Source: Eledone cirrhosa (Eukaryota). Taken from it: DNA of 64,000 nucleotides. This document shows, in pieces, positions 25,651 through 38,257 of this stretch. Numbering within the stretch: position 1 is the stretch's first letter; each line of letters opens with the position of its first letter. A model generated the notes under the pieces. It was not told the origin of the DNA, did not search any database, and worked only from the letters and a program-made list of their open reading frames with translations. The DNA lies in contig OZ024743.1 in NCBI GenBank assembly GCA_964016885.1, positions 218,922,001-218,986,000 on the forward strand. Reading direction: 5' to 3'. The position numbers and the translations under genes are program-made.

Positions 25651-26093
25651 AGACTATATATATGTGTTTGTGTCTATATTGTATCTGTATTTTTGACCGT
25701 TGGTCAGTCAGTGGCAACATTGAGGACCGAATAAATTAAATTCACCGATATAAAAGACATAGAAGCGAAAACCAACCAAACAGTGAGTGTGTTCTGTTAT
25801 TAATTCTGGCAATATTACACAAATATGACCCTCCCTAAGTATAACAATATTTGTTTCGACACATGATTTCATATCAAAAACCTCGCAAAACTATATATAT
25901 ATATATATATCTATATATACATACACACACACATATATATATATATATATAATTATAATTTTTACGTTCGTGTTTCAGCATCTTTTCACTCATTGTGTTC
26001 CTTTGCCATCTCCTCTGTGAGTCTCAGTGATTTGATGTCAGCTCTCACCACCTCTAGGGATCGCTTTCCTATGATATCATGCCTCCATCCTTC

Positions 26094-26280
26094 ATAATTG
26101 TTTCTACTTTTGGCACAAGGTCAGCAATTACCCAGTGCATTACTGGTACTTTATTTTATCGACCCCGTAAGGACGAAGGCAAAGTTAACCTTGGCGGGAT
26201 TTGAACTCAGATCATAAAGGGAGGTAGCTCTATGCTTCAAAGCATGACATCCGACCCTCTACCGATACTGCCAATCCACC
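26094..26280 (-). mobile_element. tRNA-derived SINE with Meta-like central domain
   Basis: A/B-box-like head and GCC.TCATCCTTACGGGGTCGATAAAATAAAGTACCAG-type core; TSD CCTTCATAAT. Confidence 0.85.
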
Positions 26281-26513
26281 TTCATAATGAGTCTGAGCTA
26301 GGTGTTTACTCTCAGATATGATGTGAGCCACAGTTTCCTCTCTCTCTCTTCACAGATCCTACACAGTGGGCTAGCCTCCACCTTGTTAATATGATGTTTC
26401 AACTGTTGTTGTTAATATTATTGTAAGACAGTAAAATTATGTTTATGTAATTATTAGTCTAATCTTTTTTTCTTTTTTTAGCTGGATGTAATCAGTAGAA
26501 ACAAGTATTATAC

Positions 26514-26700
26514 GGTGGATTGGCAGTATCGGTAGAAGGTTGGACACCATGCTTTCTAGCATAGTTACATACCATTACAGTCTGAGTTCAAATCTCGCCG
26601 AGGTTAACTTTGCCTTTCATCCTTACAGGGTCGATAAAATAAAGTACCAGTAATGTACTGGGTATTTGCTGACCTTGTGCCAAAAGTAGAAACAATTATT
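26514..26700 (+). mobile_element. Same SINE family
   Basis: GGTGGATTGGCAG...GAGTTCAAATC...GCCTTTCATCC...GTAGAAACAATTATT. Confidence 0.85.
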
Positions 26701-26791
26701 ATATGAATAAATACATAATAAAATATATTCATTAGTTTAAATTCTTTGTTTCGTTGGATGTAATTAGTATATTTATTATTATGTATTCACT

Positions 26792-26979
26792 CTGGATTGG
26801 CAGAATTGGTAGAGCGTCGGACGCCATGCTTTGCAGTATAGAGTTATGGCCCTTTACATTCTGAGTTGAAATTCCGCCGAGGTTAACTTTGCTTTTCATT
26901 CTTATGGGGGCGATAAAATAAAGTACCAGTAATGCAGTGGGGTAATTGCTGGCCTTGTGCCAAAAGTAGAAACAATTAT
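26792..26979 (+). mobile_element. Same SINE family
   Basis: Full-length match to neighbouring copies; TSD ATTATGTATTCACT. Confidence 0.85.
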
Positions 26980-27274
26980 GTATTCACTGATCTAAAAATT
27001 GTTGGTGGATGTAACTCATGTCACCATCACCACCATCATCATCATGTGAACTAGCTATTAGTGAGTGTATATAGAGTAATATTGGTTTATTTGTTTGCTG
27101 CTGTGATTGTAGCACACAGTGTACTAAATACATACCAAGCTTCATACATGACACCTAACAGAAAGCTACCCAACTACCTTCACACCTATATACAGTAAAG
27201 AACACGTATATCCACAGATAACAATCCACTATAATACTAACATAGATATCAACAGTCACAGCAACAGATAAATG

Positions 27275-27905
27275 AACTAGTACTACTGTATAGATAGACT
27301 GACTAATAACTAGGACTACTCTATAGATATACTAACTAGGACTACTCTATAGATATACTAACTAGGACTACTCTATAGATATACTAACTAGGGCTACTCT
27401 ATAGATATACTAACTTGGACTACTCTATAGATATACTAACTAGGACTACTCTATAGATATACTAACTAGGACTACTCTATAGAATAGATATACTAACTAG
27501 GACTACTCTATAGATATACTAACTAGGACTACTCTATAGATATACTAACTAGGACTACTCTATAAATATACTAACTAGGGCTACTCTATAGAATAGATAT
27601 ACTAACTAGGACTACTCTATAGAATAGATATACTAACTAGGACTACTCTATAGATATACTAACTAGTACTACTCTATAGATTCATTCACTAATAGCTAGT
27701 ACTACACTATAGATATTCCCACTAATAATTAGTACTACTGTATAGATAGATTCGCTAATAGCTAGTACTTCTCTATAGTTATACTAATAACTCATACTAC
27801 TGTATAGAGAGACTCACAAATAGATAGTACTATAGATATATTCATTAATAGTTAGTTAGTACTACTGTATAGATATAATAATAATTAATACTATTCTATA
27901 GATAT
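27275..27905. repeat. Minisatellite: homogeneous 26-bp units ACTAACTAGGACTACTCTATAGATAT grading into older ~34-bp units
   Basis: Homogeneous tandem copies at 27305-27680, more diverged units distally. Confidence 0.9.
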
Positions 27906-27919
27906 AGTAACTAATAACT

Positions 27920-28129
27920 AATGGTTTCTAATTTAGGAACAAGACCATTTTTTAGAAGAGGGAAAGTTGATGAAGTTAACCCCAATACTAGACTGGTACT
28001 TTATTTTATTGACATCAGAAAGATGAAAGACAAAGTTGACCGTGGCAGGATTTAAGCTCAGGATGTAAAGAACTCTATGCCACAAAGCATGATGTCCGAT
28101 GCTCTGCCGATATTGCCAATCCATCACCC
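27920..28129 (-). mobile_element. Older-subfamily SINE copy; its 3' half is repeated in inverted orientation at 28193-28290
   Basis: Same core (AAAATAAAGTACCAG) and head TGGATTGGCA on the minus strand. Confidence 0.75.
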
Positions 28130-28303
28130 TTATTATTATTATCATTACATGACAGTATAATTATCTTTATGTAATCAACATATTTATTATGGTGTCAATA
28201 AAATAAAGTACCAGTCTAGTATTGGTGTTAACTTCATCAACTTTCCCTCTTCTAAAAAATGATGGTCTTGTGCCTAAATTAGAAACCATTATTATTACTA
28301 TTT

Positions 28304-31300
28304 GTCCTGGGTGTGACATTAAACTACATTCAGTGGCAAGGCTCCAGTTCGGGAGTTCAGGAGCTGTGGGGAACGTGGAGTTATCCCTTAGTTGTCATAA
28401 CTCCCAGGTCTGCTCTAGCCCGGAGTAGTAGTACCTGTTAGGGCCCCATTTATGGGTTAAATAATTACCTTATTCGAGTGGTGCCGGTAAGGTATTGTCA
28501 GCCGTTGAAAAGAACATGGAGAGTGTATTTAACAACACTAGGGTTAGAACCCCTAACTACACTGTCAAGGAGCAATCTAGTCATTATGAATCTGCTGGCT
28601 TAGAGCCACAGGGAGGGCCAGTGGATGATGAGACAAATATAAAAAATGCAGTTTTGTCTTGCAGAAGAGCCATCAAAATGGACACTGGAGAAGAGGGAGG
28701 AGTTGGTCATCTGTTCGAGGAGAGTGGTATGCAGATACTTGCGATCCAAGAACACAGGATCCTACACGATGAGCCCATGAGGAGTGTGATGATTTGTGAA
28801 GAGGAGCCAGCTCATCACCACATCAGCAGTGAATAACATGACCAATGCTACAGTAGGAGGAGTGAGTTTTGTTTTCAGCACAAAAACCAATATGAGGGAA
28901 ATAATACTTGTCTCCCCGCGAGTGTTGAGGGTGACCTTCAATGGAAACCCAAGACTGACAGCCATCTCAGCCTATAGTCCAACCGAGGGAGACAGTGATG
29001 TGAGTGCGGAAGAGTTCCATGAGGAGGTGTGTAGAGCAGTCAACACCACACAAGCTCACAACATCTTACTTGTTCTGGGGGACTTCAATGCACATCTGAG
29101 TAAGGAGAGCAGTGAAGATCCTTGCTAGTACTTCCATAACAACACCAACCGAAATAGAAGACTACTGAGAGACATCCTGCTGGAGGCGAACTTGATAGCA
29201 ACCAACCTAAGGTTTAGGAAGAATCCAGGGAAGATGTGGATCTACATCTCAGATATGCACCTGTCCAAGTCCCAGATTGATTTCATTCTGGTGATGAAAA
29301 AGTGGCGGAATAGTGTTCTGAACACAGAACCATACAACTATTCCAGTACACTGGGCAGTGACCACCGGCTTGTTATGAGTGAGGTCCGGGTGATGTTAAG
29401 AAAGAGCAAGACTCAGCAGCGGAGAGCAATCTATGACTGTGGAGCTTTCAAGGAAGATGATAAGCTACAGGAGAGGTTCACAGTAGATGTGAGGAACAGG
29501 TTCAGTGCTCTGTGTGGAGAGACAGAGGAGAAAGAGGTTGGAGGGACTGAGGAGAGTGTGACGAGGAGGTACGGGCACTTCACCAATGCAGTGGCAGAAG
29601 CAAGTGAGACCCTGGTGCCGAGGAGAAGAACAAAAGGAAGTACGTCAGCTCTGCAGACCCAAAAGTGTGTGCAGCTAGAGAACACCTGAAAGCTGCCAAG
29701 GACAAATTCTATGCTGATCCTATGGAGGAGAGGAAGGAGAATGTGGAGGTGATGAGGGAAGTACCGCTTACACTGAGGCCAGAGAGCAGGCACTGATGGA
29801 GAAGATCAGAAGTGTGGAGAGAGTGGTTGGCAAGTCTGTGGCAAGTCTGGATGATCAACAACGAGATCACAGGAAGGAAGAGAAGGTGTTCGAGTCAGAT
29901 CCAGGGAACAGGGCCCGAGGATAGGAAGGGGAAATGGCTCGACCATTTTAGAACCCTACCAGGAGAGCCACCCTCCACAGCCCAGAACACTGGGGAGATC
30001 AGGCAGCTGTTTGAGGAACTGGATATTGAGACAGAGCCCTTTACCAGAGAGGAGCTTCAGAGAGCCAAGAAGAAGATCAAAGAGGGAAAGGCTCATGGAG
30101 AAGATGGAGTGGCATCAGAGGTGATGAAGAGGTATGATTTTGATGATATCATCCCGGAGTTCTGTAACCAGGCACTGGAGAAAGGAGTTTCCCCGAATCA
30201 GTGGAGGATCAGTGACATCGTCCCAGTGCCAAAGAAGGGAGATCTCTCTAACACCAACAACTACAGAGGGATCTCACTGACGTCATTTGTGGCAAAGACC
30301 CTCAACAGGATCCAGCCCGTGATGGACAAGAAGCTCAGGGACAACCAGAACGGCTTCAGAGAGGGAAGATCAACCACCATTCACATCCTGATGCTGAGGA
30401 GGATATTAGAGGGAGCTAGAGCAAAGTGCTTTCCTGCGGTCATGGTTTTCATTAACTTTAAGAAGGCCTTTGATTCTGTGGACAGTCACTGCCTGATGAA
30501 GATCTTACAGGCTTATGGAATCCCCAAGAAGATAGTGGACCTGATATCACTGCTCTACACCAACACCAAAGCCGAAGTCATTACACTTGATGGGATGACA
30601 GAGTTCTTTGAGATATTGGCTTGAGTACTCCTGGAGATACATTGGCTCCCTACCTTTTTATCATCATAGTGGACTATTGTATGCGCCTTGCGCTGGAGAA
30701 ACACCAGGACTCTGGCTTTACTGCAACATTGGCTCAGAGCAGGAGAGTTAAGGCAAAAAATATATCGGATGCTGAATTTGCCAACGACATAGTTTTGGTG
30801 ACAAACACAGTGAAGGAAGCAGAGTATTTGATGCAGGAGGTTGAGACTGTATTGATGAGTGTGGGGCTGAGAATGAATGAGATTAAGACAAAATATCTGG
30901 TAGAAAATATTAAGAAGCCAGAGAAGATTACTAATGTAGGCAGGAAGCCGCTAGAATTGGTTGAGGACTTCCTGTATTTGGGAGCAAAGATTGGGAATAC
31001 GGAAGATGATGTGGTTGAGAGGAAGAGCAAAGCCTGGGCGGTGTGCCACAGCTTGAGATCGGTGTGGTAATCGGACCTTTGTAAAGACCTGAAGATCTGC
31101 CTCTTCGTTGCTGTAGTGGAGTCTGTGCTGCTGTATGGGTCTGAGACTTGGACACTAACCAAGAAACTCACTCAGATGGTGGATGGGTGCTACACAAGAA
31201 TGCTCTGAATATTAATCAGTATATACTGAGGATGAATAACTCAGAGCTGTACGGAAGCCTCGCAAAAATCAGCTCAAAAGTGACACAGAGGAGACTGAGG

Positions 31301-31524
31301 TTAGCTGGACATGCTCACCGACATCCAGAGTTGACACTGCACTCAATGCTCCTGTAGGAGCCCATGCATGGACACACTGGAAGAGGAAGACCGAAGTTAA
31401 CATATGTTGATGCAGACACTGGTCTTTTGGAGACGCAGGACATGGCAGCGATAATGAGGGACAGAGACCACTGGAGAGAACTCATCCATGGATCTCCGGA
31501 ATTTTACCCACCTTAGATAGATAG
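28304..31524 (+). mobile_element. Full-length decayed RTE-clade LINE (APE + RT)
   Basis: Fragments ILAIQEHR, AYSPT, LGDFNAH, QIDFIL, SDHRLV, NYRGISL, FKKAFDSV, GDTLAPYLF, FLYLG, LLYGSETW, broken by several stops and frameshifts. (TAGA)3 tail; 13-bp TSD ATTATTACTATTT at 28291-28303 and 31525-31537. Confidence 0.9.
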
Positions 31525-31546
31525 ATTATTACTATTTAAAGAAAGG

Positions 31547-31735
31547 ATGGTGGTTTGGCAGTATCAGTAGAGCATCAGACACCATGCTTTGCAGCATAGT
31601 TATGGCCATTTATGTTCTGAGTTCAAATCCCACCGAGGTTAGCTTTACCTTTCATCCTTACCGGCTCGATAAAATAAAGTGCCAGTAATACACTGGGGTA
31701 ATTGCTTGCCTCGTACCAAAGTAGAAACATTATTA
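31547..31735 (+). mobile_element. Meta-like SINE copy
   Basis: Family match; TSD TATTTAAAGAAA overlaps the downstream TSD of the RTE. Confidence 0.82.
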
Positions 31736-32583
31736 TTTAAAGAAACCATTATCATTATTGTTGTTGTTGTTATTGGATTTTCCCTTCTTTCCACTGTAAA
31801 ACCCAATAATGATGTCAAAAATCATTATTGGGTTTTACTGCAGAAAGTCATGTCTTGAAGCAGCTCCAGTTTAATTTGTTTTCTTTAATTTAACATAGAT
31901 TTGTTGGGTTTGTTTTACTGTCATTATATTAAATAAGAGAAGGAGAGTTTAATTGTTATATATGTTCCCATTTTAGATAAAGGTATTTTGCTAATTGCTA
32001 CTTCTACCTTCTCAACAGAAATTCATTTCAATGTGGCTATGGAGATGAGAGGAAAAGATGATATCTATAACAATGGTAGACAATTTACTTCCTTGGTAGG
32101 AGGAGAGAAAGAAAGAAAATTCCAATCTTTTGAGTATTATGAACAAATGTCAAATCAGCAGTAATAATTCCTAGATTAATACAAGCAATTCTAACAATAA
32201 CACATAACATACTAAGAACAATATTATTAACAGTAATGTCTATAGCTGTGATAATGAGTGTAACCAAACAAACACCAAGCAACATGATCTCCATGGTCAG
32301 TCAGTCTACAAGTAATAGCAGCTATGTCTTCCCAAATGTTTCCATTTTCAACTTTTCTATGAGACAACCCAGTCTGGGAAATGAAATGATATACTAGAAA
32401 TGAAGACAGGAATGTTAGTTGAATGGTTAAAGATTCACCACAGCAATCCATAACAGTTAAACATGGTTGATGTTTAACCATCATGGTTAAACATAAAGCA
32501 TGAAAAACATCCTGACGTGAGTGAAACAAAAAACAAACTACTTTAAAGTCTAGCAGTATCTCAATACTATTATATAAACTGTG

Positions 32584-32700
32584 AAGGCATGTAGTTTAGT
32601 GGTTAGAGAATTGGATTTGCAATTGTGTGATTGCAAGTTCGATTCCCGGACTGGGCGATGCATTATGTCCTTGAGCAAAACACTTTATTTCATCTTGCTC
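32584..32700 (+). mobile_element. CORE-SINE head fragment
   Basis: tRNA-like TAGTGGTTAG...GTTCGATTCCC followed by GTCCTTGAGCAAAACACTTTATTTC. Confidence 0.7.
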
Positions 32701-33094
32701 TTTCTGCTAGGAGTTGTGACTGGTAGATAGTATCAGCAATAGAAAGAACAATGGAAGGATTGTTTCTTTGATCCAATTTAATAAGCTCCACCCCACTTGG
32801 TAAGCAGATGAGGTCTGAGATCTTGTCAATCGATTACAAAAAGGATATGAACAAATTATTCACAAAACACACTTAAACAAATCACAGAGAAATAGGAGGA
32901 TAACTGAAAGTGTCACCATTAAGTTCCTTCTCACATTAATATCACAGCCCTGGATTTAACTAATACATGTGAACATTAGAGGTTCACATATAAGATACAC
33001 AACAAATAAAATACACAATTTATTAGAATTTAAAAAATCCCCCAAAAATCTAAACATACTAAACATAGAAAGCCTGCCAAACAAAGGGTTCAGA

Positions 33095-33412
33095 TGACCC
33101 TTTATTTGTGTCAAGGACATGGCAGCCTCCCTAATGCTGGTGATGTACATAATAAAAGCTCCCAGTACATGGGAAGGGCACCCAGCCATAGAAAACTTGT
33201 CAAACAAGGAGTTAGGAGGGCCCTTCAGTTTGTGTCAAAAGACATCACATCTCTTCTGCACCCAATATATCCATATGTAAGTGGGATACAGACCCCTCAG
33301 CTTGTCGGGAGGGGGGAGGGGGGGTCAAGTAGCACAGCTTCAATGCTGACTTAGTCTTTGTAGACCCATCCAAACCTTGGAAAAGCAGACATTAAATGAT
33401 GATGATGATGAT
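33095..33412 (+). mobile_element. SINE/RTE 3'-tail fragment ending in (TGA)n
   Basis: GGAAGGGCACCCAGCCATAGAAA...GACATTAAATGATGATGATG resembles the RTE 3' end. Confidence 0.6.
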
Positions 33413-33742
33413 ACTGAAATACAATACTAACAGCTTAAAAACATGTTTATAGAACAAAATGTTGCTCAAGAATGCAACACACAACCCAATCTAGGAATCA
33501 AACCTATGCCATTATGATCATAAGTCCAACACCCTTACCATTAGGCCATGTACATCCATATTTTAAATATGTGTACCCTTAATGTAATAATTCCCCAGCT
33601 GACTCAGCAGAACACAATATGTGACATAGCTGAACCTTTCAATTACAAGTACAATCCATCTGACCTGAATACTTGCAAGTCAAATCTCAGTCTTTTGTGT
33701 AACTACTATAGCTGTTATATATATATATATATATATATATTA

Positions 33743-34154
33743 CTAGCTGAGGTGCCCAGCTTCGCCCAGGTAAACAGATAAGAGAAGACAGGTAGAAGCG
33801 AAAACGTCTGTACAGGATGGGTTGTTTGGTTTAGAGTATAAATGTGTTTGTGTGCGTGTGTATAAATCAGCGTTTGTATCAGAGCTGCTGGCCGCAAAAC
33901 ATGATCATCACTGACAACGAATGTGCAGAGGGAATCCCTTATGGTTGATTCCCAACCTACTAGAAATAGCAGTCGGGTCTATCAGCATACTAAGGATGTT
34001 TTTTTCTTTGATGTTATAAAATTAATATCAATAAACCTTCCTGGGTATACCCTTATTCCATTGCTGGACTTACTTTTTGATAGTCAGTTTTTGTTTTTGT
34101 GTGATGTGTGAAGGAACCAACAAACAAACATCTCTCTTTTATATTATGTATAGA
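33743..34154 (-). mobile_element. Non-autonomous Helitron (412 bp)
   Basis: Minus strand reads A|TCTATACATAATATAAAAG ... subterminal GC-rich hairpin CCTGGGCGAAGCTGGG ... CTAG|T; no TSD. Confidence 0.75.
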
Positions 34155-35604
34155 TTTAATTTATCCTGGTGATGTTAATATTTTAAACTGTTGTAAGTAT
34201 ATGTTTTTGTGGTTGTTAACTATTTGGTAGTTAAGTTTTAAATTGGGAAGGTCTTTGTTGATTTGTAAAAGATTATAGTTTTTTACTATTTTCAACTGTA
34301 GATTATTGTTGTCTTATATAAATGCTTAATTTTACTTTAGGTCATATTTTCTTTTATGTAAGTTCTAGCTTTTGGTTTTGAAGATATTTGGTAAGTACGC
34401 TCCAGTTATTGTTATAGTGTTGTTTTTGTTTAACCCCAGGTCATCTCTAATGAAGATGACCTGTGATCAAAACAATTTCTTCTGACACTGTGTATTTCTG
34501 ATCAATTTATCCAACATATCCTTATTTATTAAAGATGGTAGGGTATTATTTGAGAGAAATTTGGCTGGCATCTATGACTGGTCAAACAGCTTTTGTGACA
34601 TGCTGGGATTATATTCTGTTCTGATTTGCTGATCTTTTGTTTGTTGTGCTTGTGCTAATTCTATCATCATGATTTAGGTCTCTCAGCCTTGTCATCATCA
34701 ATGGCAGCACCACCATTACTGTGACAACCACCATCTGTCAAAATATCCTTTCTTCCAAGATAGATCTCTAAATCAACTGGTGATTATAGATGCCTATCTA
34801 CTAGCTCTTCATCTCTCTCTCTCTATCTATCTCGCTCCCTCTCTCTCTCTATCTACCTCGCTCCCCCTCTCTCTCTCTATCTAACCTGCTCCCCCTCTCT
34901 CTCTCTATCTAACCCGCTCCCTCTCATTCTCGTAGCCACATCAATCCTCTTATACGCAGTTGATCATTTGCTGCCAGCTCCTTGAACTTAATAACCTTTT
35001 TGAGTCAAGGAAAAATCTTTTATCTTTAATTGAAATGTTCGGTTATCTGCTTTAAGTATAATGACATTTCAGATGACCTTTCCAAATATGGTCATGTTTG
35101 ATTGTATTAACAAATACTGTCCGTCTTTTTGTAAGCATATGTGTGTATATTTACACAGATATATGTATGTATGTACATACGTATACAAATGTACTGTAGT
35201 ATACATATATCTTTGCATCTTTATGTGTATGTGTTTGTGTGCATGAGTATGTTTATGTATGTATGCATTAATATACATACTTATAAATGTATTTATACTA
35301 AGATATTTGTTAAGACATTGTATAACAAATAAACATGAATATTGAATCAATTTTATGTAACTGCTTGTATAGTGGAATATATTACTATACATTTTTTCAT
35401 GTCATCTCTTTATCTCATGCAATCGATTATGTCTAAATATACTATATATGTGTATGTGTGTTTTGTTACCGATTCTGTTGGGAATGGAAAAAACTATAAT
35501 TAAAGTATAGTACTCAATACTTTGAGTAGAACAGATATATTTATGTTGAAATGGTGTTTGAACTTATTTTGAAACTGTGTATTGATTAAATTGGAGAGAT
35601 TTAA

Positions 35605-35775
35605 AGTCATGTCCTTGGCCCACCTCCCACCATTGGCATGGAGTTGGCTACTCGCAGGTGTGAGCCTCATGAGCTGGTATGGCTCTTCCAATACGTCTCC
35701 CTCACCATCCTCCAAGGAAACGTCTTCTCTATTCTGTCCGCCGGGGCTGCAGGGTGGCCAGCATGTGGACCCCCA
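35605..35775 (+). mobile_element. 3' fragment of a CRE-like RLE retrotransposon
   Basis: Translates as VLGP...IGMELATRRCEPHELVWLFQYVSLTILQGNVFSILSAG, resembling the CRE C-terminal motif FQRLS..I.RGN. Two homologous copies lie nearby. Confidence 0.65.
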
Positions 35776-36639
35776 TTTGCTTATAATAGTGAGTGATGGG
35801 AAGAGTGAGATAGAGGGAGGCAGTGACTATACCAGCATGGCTGAAGCATTTTGTAGAGTTAAGGGATTTTACCTTACATTTATATATTGAAAGTATCTGA
35901 AGTTAACAGAGTAGTTGATCTATAAAACGGTGTTTATAATATAGGCTATGTAGCCAGAAAACCCTAAAGGGACACAACACATATCGCTATAGCATTTCAC
36001 CAACCCTTTCCTTCTGTTGTCTATATCTGTTTATTTATTTACATGTAGATGTGTGTGTATGTAACTGAAGCATAACCTACATTACGAATGGACGACTAAA
36101 TGATTTTAACTTGTTTTTTAACAATTGATGGTGGAAAAGATTTCAAATTGTCTTAATTATCTTAACTTGGGCTGCAACTCATGGTGTCTGACACTCTATC
36201 CAGCTACAAAGCCTCTTCCTAAAATTAATGACCTGAGAGGGTTCTTACACAGAATGTACAGTTGCATGTTCAAATTTAAATTTTATTTGGACATTTTCCA
36301 TCAATTGAAATTAAATAATTTTACATTAAGAACAAGTGTAACAAACAAACTTCTGTTTCAGGTCACTGCCAGATAAACTGAATGTGACTGTAATATAGGA
36401 AATACCAGTAGAGCATGGGTTACAAATAAATAAATATAAGTAATCACGTCTACATAAATTTAGTCTTGCTATGAAATTATACTCACAAGAGTTCTTTTGG
36501 CATGTTATCAATTGGATTGAACCAACCTGTTTCATTGTTATTTAACCTAACTGACCATGTGGAAACTCCACAATTTAATTAGAAACAACCATCAAATATT
36601 TATAAGTTATACACATACATACACATATATATATGTATC

Positions 36640-36742
36640 TTATAAAGAGTCAAGACCCTGACTGCTGAGATCTTGCCGTTTCAACAGCGTCTGAAACCAG
36701 CTGTTGAAACGGCAAGAGCTCAGCTGTCCTGACTTTTTATAA
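36640..36742. repeat. Fold-back inverted repeat (25-bp inner arms, 11-nt loop, plus outer arms)
   Basis: GCTGAGATCTTGCCGTTTCAACAGC / GCTGTTGAAACGGCAAGAGCTCAGC, one mismatch. Confidence 0.85.
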
Positions 36743-38029
36743 TATAACCATACTCTACTACCCTAAGTATCAAGTACTCTGAAACTGGTTAGACCATTAC
36801 TCAACGAACTGAATCCATCCTGATTTACACACACACACACACACACACACAATACTTTATATATAAACAACACAACATAAATTCAAATTTAATGACCGAA
36901 ACTGCTAAAATGGAATATTTTACTCATTTATAATTTTAAAATAAACAATATTTCCACAAAGTAATCTCTCTCCGCATTCCATCTTTCATGTTTGTTACAA
37001 CATGGAATTTCAACATTGCTTCCACTAACACCACCACCATCACTGCCACTCGCTTTCTCTTGCACACACACTTCCCATCTCATCTCTACAGCATATTCAA
37101 CATAACTCTCTCTCATACACACACACAACGTGACAGACTTTTTACACCACAGAACCACCAACTTTACTACAATAGATTTCACAGTGTGATAGGTGTGAGT
37201 CAATATGTTTATTTATTTATTACATAATGTAAAAGTTGATATAACAAAGTTTGTATATCAGATAACAACCATCTAAGAAAAGTGAACACAACCACCAAAA
37301 ATGTTTGAAACATGTAATTTAATAGAATACAATAGCATTGTGCTATTGGCATAAGGAAACTGGTTTTTTTTTAAGATTAGATATTTCTTGCTTCAGGTTT
37401 GATTTTTTTTTTTTTTTCTGTTTTTTCGACTATAAAAGTATTTTGGATATATTTCCTTTGCAGTTTTGTCCACGGGGCGCAACCCAAACACCACCTAGGC
37501 CCAGAGACCATCACTTCTCCCCTTCCCCCTCCATTTCTTCTGTGGTCCAAGAGTCCTTCCTTTTTCCTCTTATTTATGGTATTTATAGTCCTTTCCTCTA
37601 CTTTCCCATACAGCCAGATCTGCCCTTCTTTACCCCTGCTCCTTACTTAATTTTGTTTTTAACTTTCTTTTTCATATTTATATAATTATCAATGTTTATT
37701 TTAAGCCAACTTTGTGAGTGGAACACATGTATTGAGAATAAACAAATATAAATATAAAAAATATATACCAAAGAGTTGTAATCATCAAAGCTTTAGAAAC
37801 ATGTATTTTTCACTACATACGTCGAGTTCCTTAGTGACGCATTAGATGAAGTATTGATGAATTTTATTCGGACAAAGATGCACTGAAACGCTCTCTTGTT
37901 ACAATCCCTGGACACATTTAATAGGAAAATTTAAACGGGTTGTGCAAATCATTGGTTATAGTACAGAAAGTTTAAAGCTTATAATACTTGATCAGTCAAA
38001 GTAGGAAACCAATTTCTTGGTGTCAGACC

Positions 38030-38257
38030 AAATAAATTCGTAGGGATTGAATGATTCCCCTCTAAGTATGCTGTATGGGACTTCCTCCAACACGACCTAA
38101 TGAATTTAGAGGGATCAAATGATTCCCCTCTTAGTATGATGTGTGTGACTTCCTCTAGCACAATGTATTCCAAGACGACCTAATGAATTTAGAGGGAACG
38201 GATGATTCCTCTCTTAGTATGATGTGTGTGACTTCTTCCAACATAGTGTATTCCAAG
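38030..38257. repeat. Three tandem copies of a ~70-85-bp unit
   Basis: ATGATTCC.CTCT.AGTATG.TGT.TG.GACTTC recurs three times. Confidence 0.8.

Noticed and set aside
26514-26600. tRNA genes
   Set aside because: A/B-box similarity belongs to SINE heads; there is no cloverleaf, and each continues into SINE body sequence.
28304-28470. HDV-like ribozyme at the RTE 5' end
   Set aside because: Only simple hairpins found; could not assign the P1/P2/P3/P1.1 nested pseudoknot.
32019-32529. Possible host exon or membrane-protein ORF (MEIMLLGVCLV...) and an Asn-rich plus-strand frame after a pyrimidine tract + AG
   Set aside because: No recognisable domain, stops in the candidate frames, and hydrophobicity explained by antisense reading of AAT/AAC-rich DNA. 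Needs RNA-seq.
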